NCBI GenBank assembly: GCA_032718475.1
Contig: JAUCBJ010009051.1
Coordinates: forward strand, 41,181-105,180
Direction: 5' to 3'
Length of the DNA: 64,000 bases
From: Nemertoderma westbladi
Taxonomy: Eukaryota; Animalia; Xenacoelomorpha
The notes beneath the pieces are model-generated. The model was given only the letters and a program-made list of their open reading frames with translations, did not search any database and was not told where the DNA came from. The translations under genes were made by a program, and so were the position numbers. Positions 1 to 15,780 of the stretch are shown here, one piece after another; the stretch's first letter is position 1; every line of letters begins with the position of its first letter.

Positions 1-272
1 GTAGTCAGCTGATTAACCGGGTTTTAAGTCAGCTGATTAACCGGGTTGGAAGTCAGCTGATTAACCGGGTTGGAAGTCAGCTGTTTAACCGGGTGGGATG
101 TCAGCTGATTAACCGGGTTGGAAGTCAGGTGAATAACCGGATTGGATGTCAGCTGATTAACCGGGTTGGAAGTCCGCTGATTAACAGGGTTTGAAGTCAG
201 CTGATTAACCGGGTTGGAAGTCCGCTGATTAACAGGGTTTGAAGTCAGCTGATTAATCGGGTTGGAAGTCAG
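1..272. repeat. 24-bp tandem repeat (GTCAGCTGATTAACCGGGTTGGAA), ~11 copies, runs off the window start
   Basis: Directly visible periodicity. Joins the 27-bp array through a shared GGAAGTCAG. Confidence 0.95.
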
Positions 273-3200
273 ACAACATAGGGAAGACAGAACCCAGGTA
301 TAACAGAGGGAAGTCAGAACCCAGGTATAACAGAGGGAAGTCAGAACCCAAGTATAACAGAGGGAAGTCAGAACCCAGGTACAACAGAGGGAAGTCAGAA
401 CCCAGGTACAACAGAGGGAAGTCAGAACCCAGGTACAACAGAGGGAAGTCAGAACCCAGGTACAACAGAGGGAAGTCAGAACCCAGGAATAATAGAGGGA
501 AGTCAGGTACAACAGAGGGAAGTCAGAACCCAGGTACAACAGAGGGAAGTCAGAACCGAGGTATAACAGAGGGAAGTCAGGTACAACAGAGGGAAGTCAG
601 AACCCAGAGACAACATAGGGAAGTCAGAACCCAGGTACAACAGAGGGAAGTCAGAACCCAAGTATAACAGAGGGAAGTCAGGTAGAACAGAGGGAAGTCA
701 GAACCAAGGTACAACATAGGGAAGTCAGAACCCAGGTATAACAGAGGGAAGTCAGAACCCAGGTATAACAGAGGAAGTCAGAACCCAGGTATAACAGAGG
801 GAAGTCAGAACCCAGGTACAACATAGGGAAGTCAGAACCCAGGTATAACAGAGGGAAGTCAGAACCCAGGTATAACAGAGGGAAGTCAGAACCCAGGTAC
901 AACAGAGGGAAGTCAGAACCCAGGTACAACAGAGAGAAGTCAGAACCCAGGTATAACAGAGGGAAGTCAGAACCCAGGTACAAAAGAGGGAAGTCAGAAC
1001 CCAGGTACAACAGAGGGAAGTCAGAACCCAGGTACAACAGAGGGAAGTCAGAACCCAGGTATAACAGAGGAAGTCAGAACCCAGGTATAACAGAGGGAAG
1101 TCAGAACCCAGGTATAACAGAGGGAAGTCAGAACCCAGGTACAACATAGGGAAGTCAGAACCCAGGTATAACAGAGGGAAGTCAGAACCCAGGTACAACA
1201 GAGGGAAGTCAGAACCCAGGTACAACAGAGGGAAGTCAGAACCCAGGTATAACAGAGGAAGTCAGAACCCAGGTACAACAGAGGGAAGTCAGAACCCAGG
1301 TACAACATAGGGAAGTCAGAACCCAGGTATAACAGAGGGAAGTCAGAACCCAGGTACAAAAGAGGGAAGTCAGAACCCAGGTACAACAGAGGGAAGTCAG
1401 AACCCAGGTACAACAGAGGGAAGTCAGAACCCAGGTATAACAGAGGAAGTCAGAACCCAGGTATAACAGAGGGAAGTCAGAACCCAGGTACAACATAGGG
1501 AAGTCAGAACTCAGGTATAACAGAGGGAAGTCAGAACCCAGGTATAACAGAGGGAAGTCAGAACCCAGGTACAACATAGGGAAGTCAGAACCCAGGTATA
1601 ACAGAGGGAAGTCAGAACCCAGGTACAACAGAGGGAAGTCAGAACCCAGGTACAACAGAGGGAAGTCAGAACCCAGGTACAACAGAGAGAAGTCAGAACC
1701 CAGGTACAACGGAGGGAAGTCAGAACCCAGGTATAACAGAGGGAAGTCAGAACCCAGGTATAACAGAGGGAAGTAAGAACTCAGGTATAACAGAGGGAAG
1801 TCAGAACCCAGGTATAACAGAGGGAAGTCAGAACCCAGGTACAACAGAGGGAAGTCAGAACTCAGGTACAACAGAGGGAAGTCAGAACCCAGGTATAACA
1901 TAGGGAAGTCAGAACCCAGGTACAACAGAGGGAAGTCAGAACCCAGGTACAACAGAGGGAAGTCAGAACCCAGGTACAACAGAGGGAAGTCAGAACTCAG
2001 GTACAACAGAGGGAAGTCAGAACCCAGATACAACAGAGGGAAGTCAGAACCCAGGTACAACAGAGGGAAGTCAGAACCCAGGTACAACAGAGGGAAGTCA
2101 GAACCCAGGTACAACAGAGGGAAGTCAGAACCCAGGTATAACAGAGGGAAGTCAGAACCCAGGTATAACAGAGGGAAGTCAGAACCCAGGTACAACAGAG
2201 GGAAGTCAAAACCCAGGTATAACAGAGGGAAGTCAGAACCCAGGTATAACAGAGGGAAGTCAGAACCCAGGTATAACAGAGGGAAGTCAGAACCCAGGTA
2301 AAACAGAGGGAAGTCAGAACCCAGGTATAACAGAGGGAAGTCAGAACCCAGGTATAACATAGGGAAGTCAGAACCCAGGTATAACAGAGGGAAGTTAGAA
2401 CCCAGGTATAACAGAGGGAAGTCAGAACCCAGGTATAACAGAGGGAAGTCAGAACCCAGGTACAACAGAGGGAAGTCAGAACCCAGGTATAAAAGAGGGA
2501 AGTCAGAACCCAGGTATAACAGAGGGAAGTCAAAACCCAGGTATAACAGAGGAAAGTCAGGTACAACAGAGGGAAGTCAGAACCCAGGTATAACAGAGGG
2601 AAGTCAGAACCCAGGTATAACAGAGGGAAGTCAGAACCCAGGTACAACATAGGGAAGTGAGAACCGAGGTATAACAGAGGAAGTCAGAACCCAGGTATAA
2701 CAGAGGGAAGTCAGAACCCAGGTATAACAGAGGGAAGTCAGAACCCAGGTATAACAGAGGGAAGTCAGAACCCAGGTACAACAGAGGGAAGTCAGAACCC
2801 AGGTACAACAGAGGGAAGTCAGAACCCAGGTACAACAGAGGGAAGTCAGAACCCAGGTATAACAGAGGGAAGTCAGGTACAACAGAGGGAAGTCAGAACC
2901 CAGGTATAACAGAGGGAAGTCAGAACCCAGGTACAACAGAAGGAAGTCAGAACCGAGGTATAACCGAGGGAAGTCAGAACCCAGGTATAACAGAGGGAAG
3001 TAAGAACCCAGGTATAACATAGGGAAGTCAGAACCCAGGTATAACAGAGGGAAGTCAGAACCCAGGTACAACAGAGGGAAGTCAGATACCAGGTACAACA
3101 TAGGGAAGTCAGAACCGAGGTATAACAGAGGGAAGTCAGAACTCAGATACAACAGAGGGAAGTCAGAACCCAGGTACAACAGAGGGAAGTCAGAACCCAG

Positions 3201-4296
3201 GTACAACAGAGGGAAGTCAGAACCCAGGTATAACAGAGGGAAGTCAGAAACCAGGTATAACAGAGGGAAGTCAGAACCCAGGTATAACAGAGGGAAGTCA
3301 GGTACAACAGAGGGAAGGCAGAACTCAGGTATAACAGAGGGAAGTCAGAACCCAGGTATAACAGAGGGAAGTCAGAACCCAGGTATAACAGAGGGAAGTC
3401 AGGTACAACAGAGAGAAGTCAGAACACAGGTATAACAGAGGGAAGTCAGAACCCAGGTATAACAGAGGGAAGTTAGAACCCAGGTATAACATAGGGAAGT
3501 CAGAACCCAGGTATAACAGAGGGAAGTCAGAACCCAGGTATAACAGAGGGAAGTCAGAACCCAGGTATAACAGAGGGAAGTCAGGTACAACAGAGGGAAG
3601 TCAGGTACAACAGAGAGAAGTCAGAACACAGGTATAACAGAGGGAAGTCAGAACCCAGGTATAACAGAGGGAAGTCAGAACCCAGGTATAACATAGGGAA
3701 GTCAGAACCCAGGTATAACAGAGGGAAGTCAGAACCCAGGTATAACAGAGGGAAGTCAGAACCCAGGTATAACAGAGGGAAGTCAGGTACAACAGAGGGA
3801 AGTCAGAACCCAGGTATAACAGAGGGAAGTCAGAACCCAGGTATAACAGAGGGAAGTCAGGTACAACAGAAAGAAGTCAGAACACAGGTATAACAGAGGG
3901 AAGTCAGAACCCAGGTATAACAGAGGGAAGTCAGAACCCAGGTATAACAGAGGGAAGTCAGGTACAACAGAGAGAAGTCAGAACACAGGTATAACAGAGG
4001 GAAGTCAGAACCCAGGTATAACAGAGGGAAGTCAGAACCCAGGTATAACAGAGGAAAGTCAGGTACAACAGAGGGAAGTCAGAACCCAGGTATAACAGAA
4101 GGAAGTCAGAACCCAGGTACAACAGAGGGAAGTCAGAACCCAGGTATAAAAGAGGGAAGTCAGAACCCAGGTACAACAGAGGGAAGTCATAAACCAGATA
4201 CAACAGAGGGAAGTCAGAACCCAGGTACAACAGAGGGAAGTCAGAACCCAGGTATAACAGAGGGAAGTCAGGTACAACAGAGGGAAGTCAGAACCC
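273..4296. repeat. 27-bp satellite (GAAGTCAGAACCCAGGTAYAACAGAGG), left block
   Basis: Visible tandem array with a 20-bp deletion variant (GTCAGGT) and 26-bp variants. Confidence 0.98.
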
Positions 4297-6278
4297 CCTA
4301 AACAATCAGATTTTTTGCAAAATTTTGAAAATACAATTTTATGTAATCTTAGGTCAGACTGTGAAATATATTTCTTAGGTGATTTTAATATCTGTTACCA
4401 TCACAAAGCATCCCCCATCTGTAAACAGTACCAAAGTATTTTAAATTTGTTTGGTTTAAAACAAATTATTCGAGATTCTACCAGAATTACCAGTAAAACT
4501 TCTACTTTACTAGATCACATCCTTTGTAATAATACCGATATTATTTCTCAATCTGGGGTTTTACCTATAGGTCTAAGCGATCATTTTATAGTTTTTTGCA
4601 CAAGAAAGACACAAAAATCTTTTTTCGGGGATCATAAAACAGTAACAGTTAGGTCTATGAAAAATTACAGCAAGGAACGCTTTTTAAGTTTGTTAGTTAA
4701 TTCTGACTGGGAACCCTGTTTTAAGGCCGCTTTGCGTACACTGTTTTTAAAGATATATTTTTAAAGGCACTTAATACTGTAGCACCAATTAAAGAAATTA
4801 GTCTTAAACAACGCACTGAGCCCTGGATGACCTCGGGAATTCTTAGTAATATCAGAGAAAGAGATAACTATTTGTATAAATTTAGGAAATACCGTGTTTT
4901 AGCTGATTATAATAATTACTGCAAATATAGAAACCTTGTCCAACGGGAAATAAAAAAAGCTAAATCTGAATATTTGTACAACAAAATAAGTGAGAATAAA
5001 GATAATCCTAAAAGTCTATGGTCTACCCTAAAATCTTTAGGTTATAAAAACCTCAAATCTAAATCGAATATTGTTCTGCAAGATAACGGTGAGCTGATTC
5101 ATGATCATACTCTAGTTAGTAATTTATTTAATAATTATTTTACTAATGTTGCCTCTAATTTAGTTAAGAAATTACCGTTATCAAGTAATAAATATAGTAT
5201 AGGGTCCGAAACTCTAAAAAATTTTTATTTAGAAAAGTTACAAAATTCAGAAAAGTTATTTTTAAAACCCGTTTCTGAGGATTTCGTTTTTAAAAATCTA
5301 CTTAGCCTATCAGCCTCAAAAAGTACCGGTCTAGATCTAATACCTGCCCGTTTTCTTAAGGATGGTGCTGAAGTACTTAAAGTGCCTATTACTTTTATTA
5401 TTAATTACTCTATCGTAGATAATGTAGTACCAGACGAACTGAAATTAGCTAAGGTTGTTCCTCTGTATAAAAAGAATAGTAAAGTAGAACCCTGTAATTA
5501 CAGACCTGTTAGTATCTTAAGTATTGTATCTAAAATTCTAGAACGTTCTGTTTTTCTACAGCTGGAGGCACATCTTAGTAGGCTAAATCTGATCTATGAA
5601 CTTCAGTCCGGTTTTCGTAAATCATATTCTACAGACACCTGCCTTATTAACTTAACTGATACAATTAGATGTAATAACGCAAAGGGTTTATATACCGGTA
5701 TGGTAATGTTGGACCTACAAAAGGCTTTCGATACTGTAGATCACGAAATTCTGCTTGGTAAGTTAGGCCTGATGGGTGTAGGTTCTATAGACTGGTTCAA
5801 GTCCTACCTGTCAGACAGAGGTCAAACTGTAGTCATTAGCAAATCGCTGTCTACTGTACAAGAGATTACCTGTGGTGTACCGCAAGGTAGTATATTAGGT
5901 CCTCTGCTTTTTGTATGCTATGTAAATGATATGATAAGTAGTATAGATCCCGATTTTAAACTCATTTTATATGCCGACGACAGTGCTCTTATTTTCTCTC
6001 ATAAAGATCCTATCCATATTTCCCAAAAGTTAAGTGCAGTTCTAGAATCCTGTAATGAGTGGTTGGTTGATAATAAGCTATCCATTCACTACGGTAAAAC
6101 TGAAAGTATTTTGTTTGGTTCCAAAAGAAAGTTAAAGAAGGTAACTAAGTTTGAAGTCACTAGTAATGGACATAAGATTGAAAATAAAAAGGAAGTTAAA
6201 TATTTAGGCGCCACATTGGATAACTGCTTATCAGGAGAAAGTACAGTGAAAAATATTTTCTCGAAAGTTAATCTATCT
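4297..6278 (+). mobile_element. Non-LTR retrotransposon fragment (CR1/L2-group-like APE+RT), truncated at both ends and frameshifted
   Basis: ORF 4315..4764 has APE motifs GDFN, LDHI and SDH. ORF 4827..6293 has RT motifs [27 protein letters not shown] and YADD. The ORF runs directly into satellite, with no 3' UTR or tail. Confidence 0.93.
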
Positions 6279-9200
6279 AGAACCCAGGTATAACAGAAGG
6301 AAGTCAGAACCCAGGTACAACAGAGGGAAGTCAGAACCCAGGTATAACAGAGGGAAGTCAGAACCCAGGTACAACAGAGGGAAGTCAGAACCCAGGTATA
6401 ACAGAGGGAAGTCAGGTACAACAGAGGGAAGTCAGAACCCAGGTATAACAGAAGGAAGTCAGAACCCAGGTACAACAGAGGGAAGTCAGAACCCAGGTAT
6501 AAAAGAGGGAAGTCAGAACCCAGGTATAACAGAGGGAAGTCAAAACCCAGGTATAACAGAGGAAAGTCAGGTACAACAGAGGGAAGTCAGAACCCAGGTA
6601 TAACAGAGGGAAGCCAGAACCCAGGTACAACAGAGGGAAGTCAGAACCCAGGTATAACAGAGGGAAGTCAGAACCCAGGTATAACAGAGGGCAGACAGAT
6701 ACCAGGTACAACATAGGGAAGTCAGAACCGAGGTATAACAGAGGGAAGTCAGAACTCAGGTACAACAGAGGGAAGTCAGAACCCAGGTATAACAGAGGGA
6801 AGTCAGAACCCAGGTATAACAGAGGGAAGTAAGAACTCAGGTATAACAGAGGGAAGTCAGGTACAACAGAGGGAAGTCAGAACCCAGGTATAACAGAGGA
6901 AAGTCAGGTACAACAGAGGGAAGTCAGGTACAACAAAGGGAAGTCAGAACCCAGGTATAACAGAGGGAAGTCAGAACCCGGGTACAACAGAGGGAAGTCA
7001 GAACCCAGGTATAACAGAGGGAAGTCAGGTACAACAGAGGGAAGGCAGAACACAGGTATAACAGAGGAAAGTCAGAACCCAGGTATAACATAGGGAAGTC
7101 AGAACCCAGGTATAACAGAGGGAAGTCAGGTACAACAGAGAGAAGTCAGAACACAGGTATAACAGAGGGAAGTCAGAACCCAGGTATAACAGAGGGAAGT
7201 TAGAACCCAGGAATAACAGAGAGAAGTCAGAACCCAGGTATAACAGAGGGAAGTCAGGTACAACAGAGAGAAGTCAGAACACAGGTATAACAGAGGGAAG
7301 TCAGAACCCAGGTATAACAGAGGGAAGTTAGAACCCAGGTATAACAGAGGGAAGTCAGAAACCAGGTATAACAGAGGGAAGTCAGAACCCAGGTATAACA
7401 GAGGGAAGTCAGGTACAACAGAGGGAAGGCAGAACTCAGGTATAACAGAGGGAAGTCAGAACCCAGGTATAACAGAGGGAAGTCAGAACCCAGGTATAAC
7501 AGAGGGAAGTCAGGTACAACAGAGAGAAGTCAGAACACAGGTATAACAGAGGGAAGTCAGAACCCAGGTATAACAGAGGGAAGTTAGAACCCAGGTATAA
7601 CATAGGGAAGTCAGAACCCAGGTATAACAGAGGGAAGTCAGAACCCAGGTATAACAGAGGGAAGTCAGAACCCAGGTATAACAGAGGGAAGTCAGGTACA
7701 ACAGAGGGAAGTCAGGTACAACAGAGAGAAGTCAGAACACAGGTATAACAGAGGGAAGTCAGAACCCAGGTATAACAGAGGGAAGTCAGAACCCAGGTAT
7801 AACATAGGGAAGTCAGAACCCAGGTATAACAGAGGGAAGTCAGAACCCAGGTATAACAGAGGGAAGTCAGAACCCAGGTATAACAGAGGGAAGTCAGGTA
7901 CAACAGAGGGAAGTCAGAACCCAGGTATAACAGAGGGAAGTCAGAACCCAGGTATAACAGAGGGAAGTCAGGTACAACAGAAAGAAGTCAGAACACAGGT
8001 ATAACAGAGGGAAGTCAGAACCCAGGTATAACAGAGGGAAGTCAGAACCCAGGTATAACAGAGGGAAGTCAGGTACAACAGAGAGAAGTCAGAACACAGG
8101 TATAACAGAGGGAAGTCAGAACCCAGGTATAACAGAGGGAAGTCAGAACCCAGGTATAACAGAGGGAAGTCAGGTACAACATAGGGAAGTCAGAACTCAG
8201 GTATAACAGAGGGAAGTCAGAACCCAGGTATAACAGAGGGAAGTCAGAACCCAGGTATAACAGAGGGAAGTCCGTTACAACAGAGAGAAGTCAGAACACA
8301 GGTATAACAGAGGGAAGTCAGAACCCAGGTATAACAGAGGGAAGTCAGAACCCAGGTATAACAGAGGGAAGTCAGGTACAACAGAGGGAAGTCAGAATCC
8401 AGGTACAACAGAGGGAAGTCAGAACCCAGGTATAACAGGGGGAAGTCAGAACCCAGGTACAACAGAGGGAAGTCAGATACCAGGTACAACATAGGGAAGT
8501 CAGAACCGAGGTATAACAGAGGGAAGTCAGAACTCAGGTACAACAGAGGGAAGTCAGAACCCAGGTACAACAGAGGGAAGTCAGAACCCAGGTACAACAG
8601 AGGGAAGTCAGAACCCAGGTATAACAGAGGGAAGTCAGGTACAACAGAGGGAAGTCAGAACCCAGGTATAACAGATGGAAGTCAGAACCCAGGTACAACA
8701 GAGGGAAGTCAGAACCCAGGTATAACAGAGGGAAGTCAGAACCCAGGTATAACAGAGGGAAGTCAGAACCCAGGTATAACAGAGGGAAGTCAGAACCCAG
8801 GAACAACAGAGGGAAGTCAGAACCCAGGTATAACAGAGGGAAGTCAGGTACAACAGAGGGAAGTCAGAACCCAGGTATAACAGAGGAAAGTCAGAACCCA
8901 GGTACAACAGAGGGAAGTCAGAACCCAGGTACAACAGAGGGAAGTCAGAACCCAGGTACAACAGAGGGAAGTCAGAACCCAGGTACAACAGAGGGAAGTC
9001 AGGTACAACAGAGGGAAGTCAGAACCCAGGTATAACAGAAGGAAGTCAGAACCCAGGTACAACAGAGGGAAGTCAGAACCCAGGTATAACAGAAGAAAGT
9101 CAGAACCCAGGTACAACAGAGGGAAGTCAGAACCCAGGTATAACAGAGGGAAGTCAGAACCCAGGTACAACAGAGGGAAGTCAGAAGCCAGGTATAACAG

Positions 9201-12200
9201 AGGGAAGTCAGAACCCAGGTACAACAGAGGGAAGTCAGAACCCAGGTACAACAGAGGGAAGTCAGAACCCAGGTATAACAGAGGGAAGTCAGAACCCAGG
9301 TACAACAGAGGGAAGTCAGAAGCCAGGTATAACAGAGGGAAGTCAGGTACAACAGAGGGAAGTCAGAACCCAGGTACAACAGAGGGAAGTCAGAACCCAG
9401 GTATAACAGAGGGAAGTCAGAACCCAGGTATAACAGAGGGAAGTCAGGTACAACAGAGGGAAGTCAGAACCCAGGTACAACAGAGGGAAGTCAGAACCCA
9501 GGTATAACAGAGGGAAGTCACAACCCAGGTACAACAGAGGGAAGTCAGAACCCAGGTATAACAGAGGGAAGTCAGGTACAACATAGGGCAGTCAGAACCC
9601 AGGTATAACAGAGGGAAGTCAGAACCCAGGTATAACAGAGGGAAGTCAGAACCCAGGTACAACAGAGGGAAGTCAGAACCGAGGTATAACCGAGGGAAGT
9701 CAGAACCCAGGTATAACAGAGGGAAGTCAGAACCCAGGTATAACAGAGGGAAGTCAGAACCCAGAAACAACAGAAGGAAGTCAGAACCCAGGTACAACTG
9801 AGGGAAGTCAGGTACAACATAGGGCAGTCAGAACCCAGGTGTAACAGAGGGAAGTCAGAACCCAGGTACGACAGAGGGAAGTCAGAACCCAGGTATAACA
9901 GAGGGAAGTCAGAACCCAGGTACAACATAGGGCAGTCAGAACCCAGGTGTAACAGAGGGAAGTCAGAACCCAGGTACGACAGAGGGAAGTCAGAACCCAG
10001 GTACAACAGAGGGAAGTCAGAACCCAGGTACAACAGAGGGAAGTCAGAACCCAGGTACAACAGAGGGAAGTCAGAACCCAGGTATAACAGAGGGAAGTCA
10101 GAACCCAGGTACAACATAGGGCAGTCAGAACCCAGGTGTAACAGAGGGAAGTCAGAACCCAGGTATAACAGAGGGAAGTTAGAACCCAGGTATAACAGAG
10201 GGAAGTCAGAACCCAGGTATAACAGAGGGAAGTCAGAACCCAGGTACAACATAGGGCAGTCAGAACCCAGGTGTAACAGAGGGAAGTCAGAACCCAGGTA
10301 TAACAGAGGGAAGTTAGAACCCAGGTATAACAGAGGGAAGTCAGAACCCAGGTATAACAGAGGGAAGTCAGAACCCAGGTACAACATAGGGCAGTCAGAA
10401 CCCAGGTGTAACAGAGGGAAGTCAGAACCCAGGTACGACAGAGGGAAGTCAGAACCCAGGTACAACAGAGGGAAGTCAGAACCCAGGTACAACAGAGGGA
10501 AGTCAGAACCCAGGTACAACAGAGGGAAGTCAGGTACAACAGAGGGAAGTCAGAACCCAGGTATAACAGAAGGAAGTCAGAACCCAGGTACAACAGAGGG
10601 AAGTCAGAACCCAGGTATAACAGATGAAAGTCAGAACCCAGGTACAACAGAGGGAAGTCAGAACCCAGGTATAACAGAGGGAAGTCAGAACCCAGGTACA
10701 ACAGAGGGAAGTCAGAAGCCAGGAATAACAGAGGGAAGTCAGAACCCAGGTACAACAGAGGGAAGTCAGAACCCAGGTACAACAGAGGGAAGTCAGAACC
10801 CAGGTATAACAGAGGGAAGTCAGAACCCAGGTACAACAGAGGGAAGTCAGAAGCCAGGTATAACAGAGGGAAGTCAGGTACAACAGAGGGAAGTCAGAAC
10901 CCAGGTACAACAGAGGGAAGTCAGAACCCAGGTATAACAGAGGGAAGTCAGAACCCAGGTATAACAGAGGGAAGTCAGGTACAACAGAGGGAAGTCAGAA
11001 CCCAGGTACAACAGAGGGAAGTCAGAACCCAGGTATAACAGAGGGAAGTCAGAACCCAGGTACAACAGAGGGAAGTCAGAACCCAGGTATAACAGAGGGA
11101 AGTCAGGTACAACATAGGGCAGTCAGAACCCAGGTATAACAGAGGGAAGTCAGAACCCAGGTATAACAGAGGGAAGTCAGAACCCAGGTACAACAGAGGG
11201 AAGTCAGAACCGAGGTATAACCGAGGGAAGTCAGAACCCAGGTATAACAGAGGGAAGTCAGAACCCAGGTATAACAGAGGGAAGTCAGAACCCAGGTACA
11301 ACAGAGGGAAGTCAGAACCCAGGTGTAACAGAGGGAAGTCAGAAGCCAGGTACAACAGAGGGCAGTTATAACTCAGGCACAACAGAGGGAAGTTAGAACC
11401 CAGGTACAACAGAGGGAAGTCAGAACCCAGGTGTAACAGAGGGAAGTCAGAACCCAGGTACAACAGAGGGAAGTCAGAACCCAGGTACAACAGAGGGAAG
11501 TCAGAACCCAGGTGTAACAGAGGGAAGTCAGAACCCAGGTACAACAGAGGGAAGTCAGAACCCAGGTACAACAGAGGGAAGTCAGGTACAACATAGGGCA
11601 GTCAGAACCCAGGTGTAACAGAGGGAAGTCAGAACCCAGGTACAACAGAGGGAAGTCAGAACCCAGGTACAACAGAGGGAAGTCAGAACCCAGGTATAAC
11701 AGAGGGAAGTCAGAACTCAGGTACAACTGAGGGAAGTCAGGTACAACATAGGGCAGTCAGAACCCAGGTGTAACAGAGGGAAGTCAGAACCCAGGTATAA
11801 CAGAGGGAAGTCAGGTACAACATAGGGCAGTCAGAACCCAGGTGTAACAGAGGGAAGTCAGAACCCAGGTACAACAGAGGGAAGTCAGAACCCAGGTACA
11901 ACAGAGGGAAGTCAGAACCCAGGTATAACAGAGGGAAGTCAGAACTCAGGTACAACTGAGGGAAGTCAGGTACAACATAGGGCAGTCAGAACCCAGGTGT
12001 AACAGAGGGAAGTCAGAACCCAGGTATAACAGAGGGAAGTCAGGTACAACATAGGGCAGTCAGAACCCAGGTGTAACAGAGGGAAGTCAGAACCCAGGTA
12101 CAACAGAGGGAAGTCAGAACCCAGGTACAACAGAGGGAAGTCAGAACCCAGGTATAACAGAGGGAAGTCAGAACTCAGGTACAACTGAGGGAAGTCAGGT

Positions 12201-12666
12201 ACAACATAGGGCAGTCAGAACCCAGGTGTAACAGAGGGAAGTCAGAACCCAGGTATAACAGAGGGAAGTCAGGTACAACATAGGGCAGTCAGAACCCAGG
12301 TGTAACAGAGGGAAGTCAGAACTCAGGTACAACTGAGGGAAGTCAGGTACAACATAAGGCAGTCAGAACCCAGGTGTAACAGAGGGAAGTCAGAACCCAG
12401 GTATAACAGAGGGAAGTCAGGTACAACATAGGGCAGTCAGAACCCAGGTGTAACAGAGGGAAGTCAGAACACAGGTATAACAGAGGGAAGTCAGAACCCA
12501 GGTATAACAGAGGGAAGTCAGAACCCAGGTACAACAGAGGGAAGTCAGAACACAGGTATAACAGAGGGAAGTCAGAACCCAGGTACAACAGAGGGAAGTC
12601 AGAACCCAGGTATAACAGAGGGAAGTCAGAACCCAGGTGTAAAAGAGGGAAGTCAGGTACAACATA
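6279..12666. repeat. 27-bp satellite, right block
   Basis: Same unit resumes after the LINE. Higher-order blocks of ~229 bp are visible at 11.7-12.2 kb (identical 72-aa pseudo-ORFs at 11737 and 11966). Confidence 0.98.
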
Positions 12667-13007
12667 GTGACCGGGCCTGGGCCTGGTCTGCGACAAGGCT
12701 TGCCGGGCCGTTAAACCGTGCTGAAAATAAATGAATGATGTCATGGGCCGTAATTGTTGAATTATATATATACTCGAGAGCATATAGACTCGAGTATATA
12801 TGAGAGCGCAAAGAGGACAAGAGCGCAAACCAGTTACACTGGCATTTATTTATCAATAGAATAAAAGTCCAAATTAAAAATGACGGTACATATTGTATAT
12901 GGTATAAAACAAACAGATATTGATAAAAAATATTTAATTGATGTTAAAATATTCCGATTCGCTTGTGTTTTTGTTTAAATTTCAGACCTAACACGCTATA
13001 TGTCAGC

Positions 13008-13791
13008 TTAATAAAAGATACGGATAGAGTTTCTTGCATTGTTAGAGACCCCGGCCTTATTTCTGATTTAATAAAAGATACGGATAGAGTTTCTTGCATT
13101 GTTAGAGACCCCGGCCTTATTTCTGATTTAATAAAAGATACGGATAGAGTTTCTTGCATTGTTAGAGACCCCGGCCTTATTTCTGATTTAATAAAAGATA
13201 CGGATAGAGTTTCTTGCATTGTTAGAGACCCCGGCCTTATTTCTGATTTAATAAAAGATACGGATAGAGTTTCTTGCATTGTTAGAGACCCCGGCCTTAT
13301 TTCTGATTTAATAAAAGATACGGTTAGAGTTTCTTGCATTGTTAGAGACCCCGGCCTTATTTCTGATTTAATAAAAGATACGGATAGAGTTTCTTGCATT
13401 GTTAGAGACCCCGGCCTTATTTCTGATTTAATAAAAGATACGGATAGAGTTTCTTGCATTGTTAGAGACCCCGGCCTTATTTCTGATTTAATAAAAGATA
13501 CGGTTAGAGTTTCTTGCATTGTTAGAGACCCCGGCCTTATTTCTGATTTAATAAAAGATACGGATAGAGTTTCTTGCATTGTTAGAGACCCCGGCCTTAT
13601 TTCTGATTTAATAAAAGATACGGATAGAGTTTCTTGCATTGTTAGAGACCCCGGCCTTATTTCTGATTTAATAAAAGATACGGATAGAGTTTCTTGCATT
13701 GTTAGAGACCCCGGCCTTATTTCTGATTTAATAAAAGATACGGATAGAGTTTCTTGCATTGTTAGAGACCCCGGCCTTATTTCTGATTTAA
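13008..13791. repeat. 60-bp minisatellite, 13 near-perfect copies bounded by TTAA
   Basis: Identical 60-nt lines from 13021 to 13790. The only variant is A>T in the copies at 13321 and 13501. Confidence 0.98.
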
Positions 13792-15638
<1,847 letters not shown>

Positions 15639-15780
15639 CTAGATTAATAAATTATATTTAAACCAATCACAGAAGAAGATTAAATAAAAAATACGGTTTA
15701 ATAGAACATCAACAGTCAACATTTGGATCCAAACAATCCAATATCGTTAACAAATGGGCCGATATACAGACTCGGGGTAA

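Noticed and set aside
24-12665. Many ORFs of type (LYLGSDFPL)n / (CYTWVLTSL)n
   Set aside because: These are translations of a stop-poor 27-bp satellite. Frames switch at indel variants, and there is no coding signature.
12666-12740. Acceptor-like TTTTCAG followed by HGLTARQALSQ, resembling CK2 RLTAREAM
   Set aside because: Similarity is limited to ~5 residues, HPYF is absent and the intervening CK2 exons are missing. The GGGCC-rich segment starting TAGTGACCGG looks more like a DNA-transposon end.
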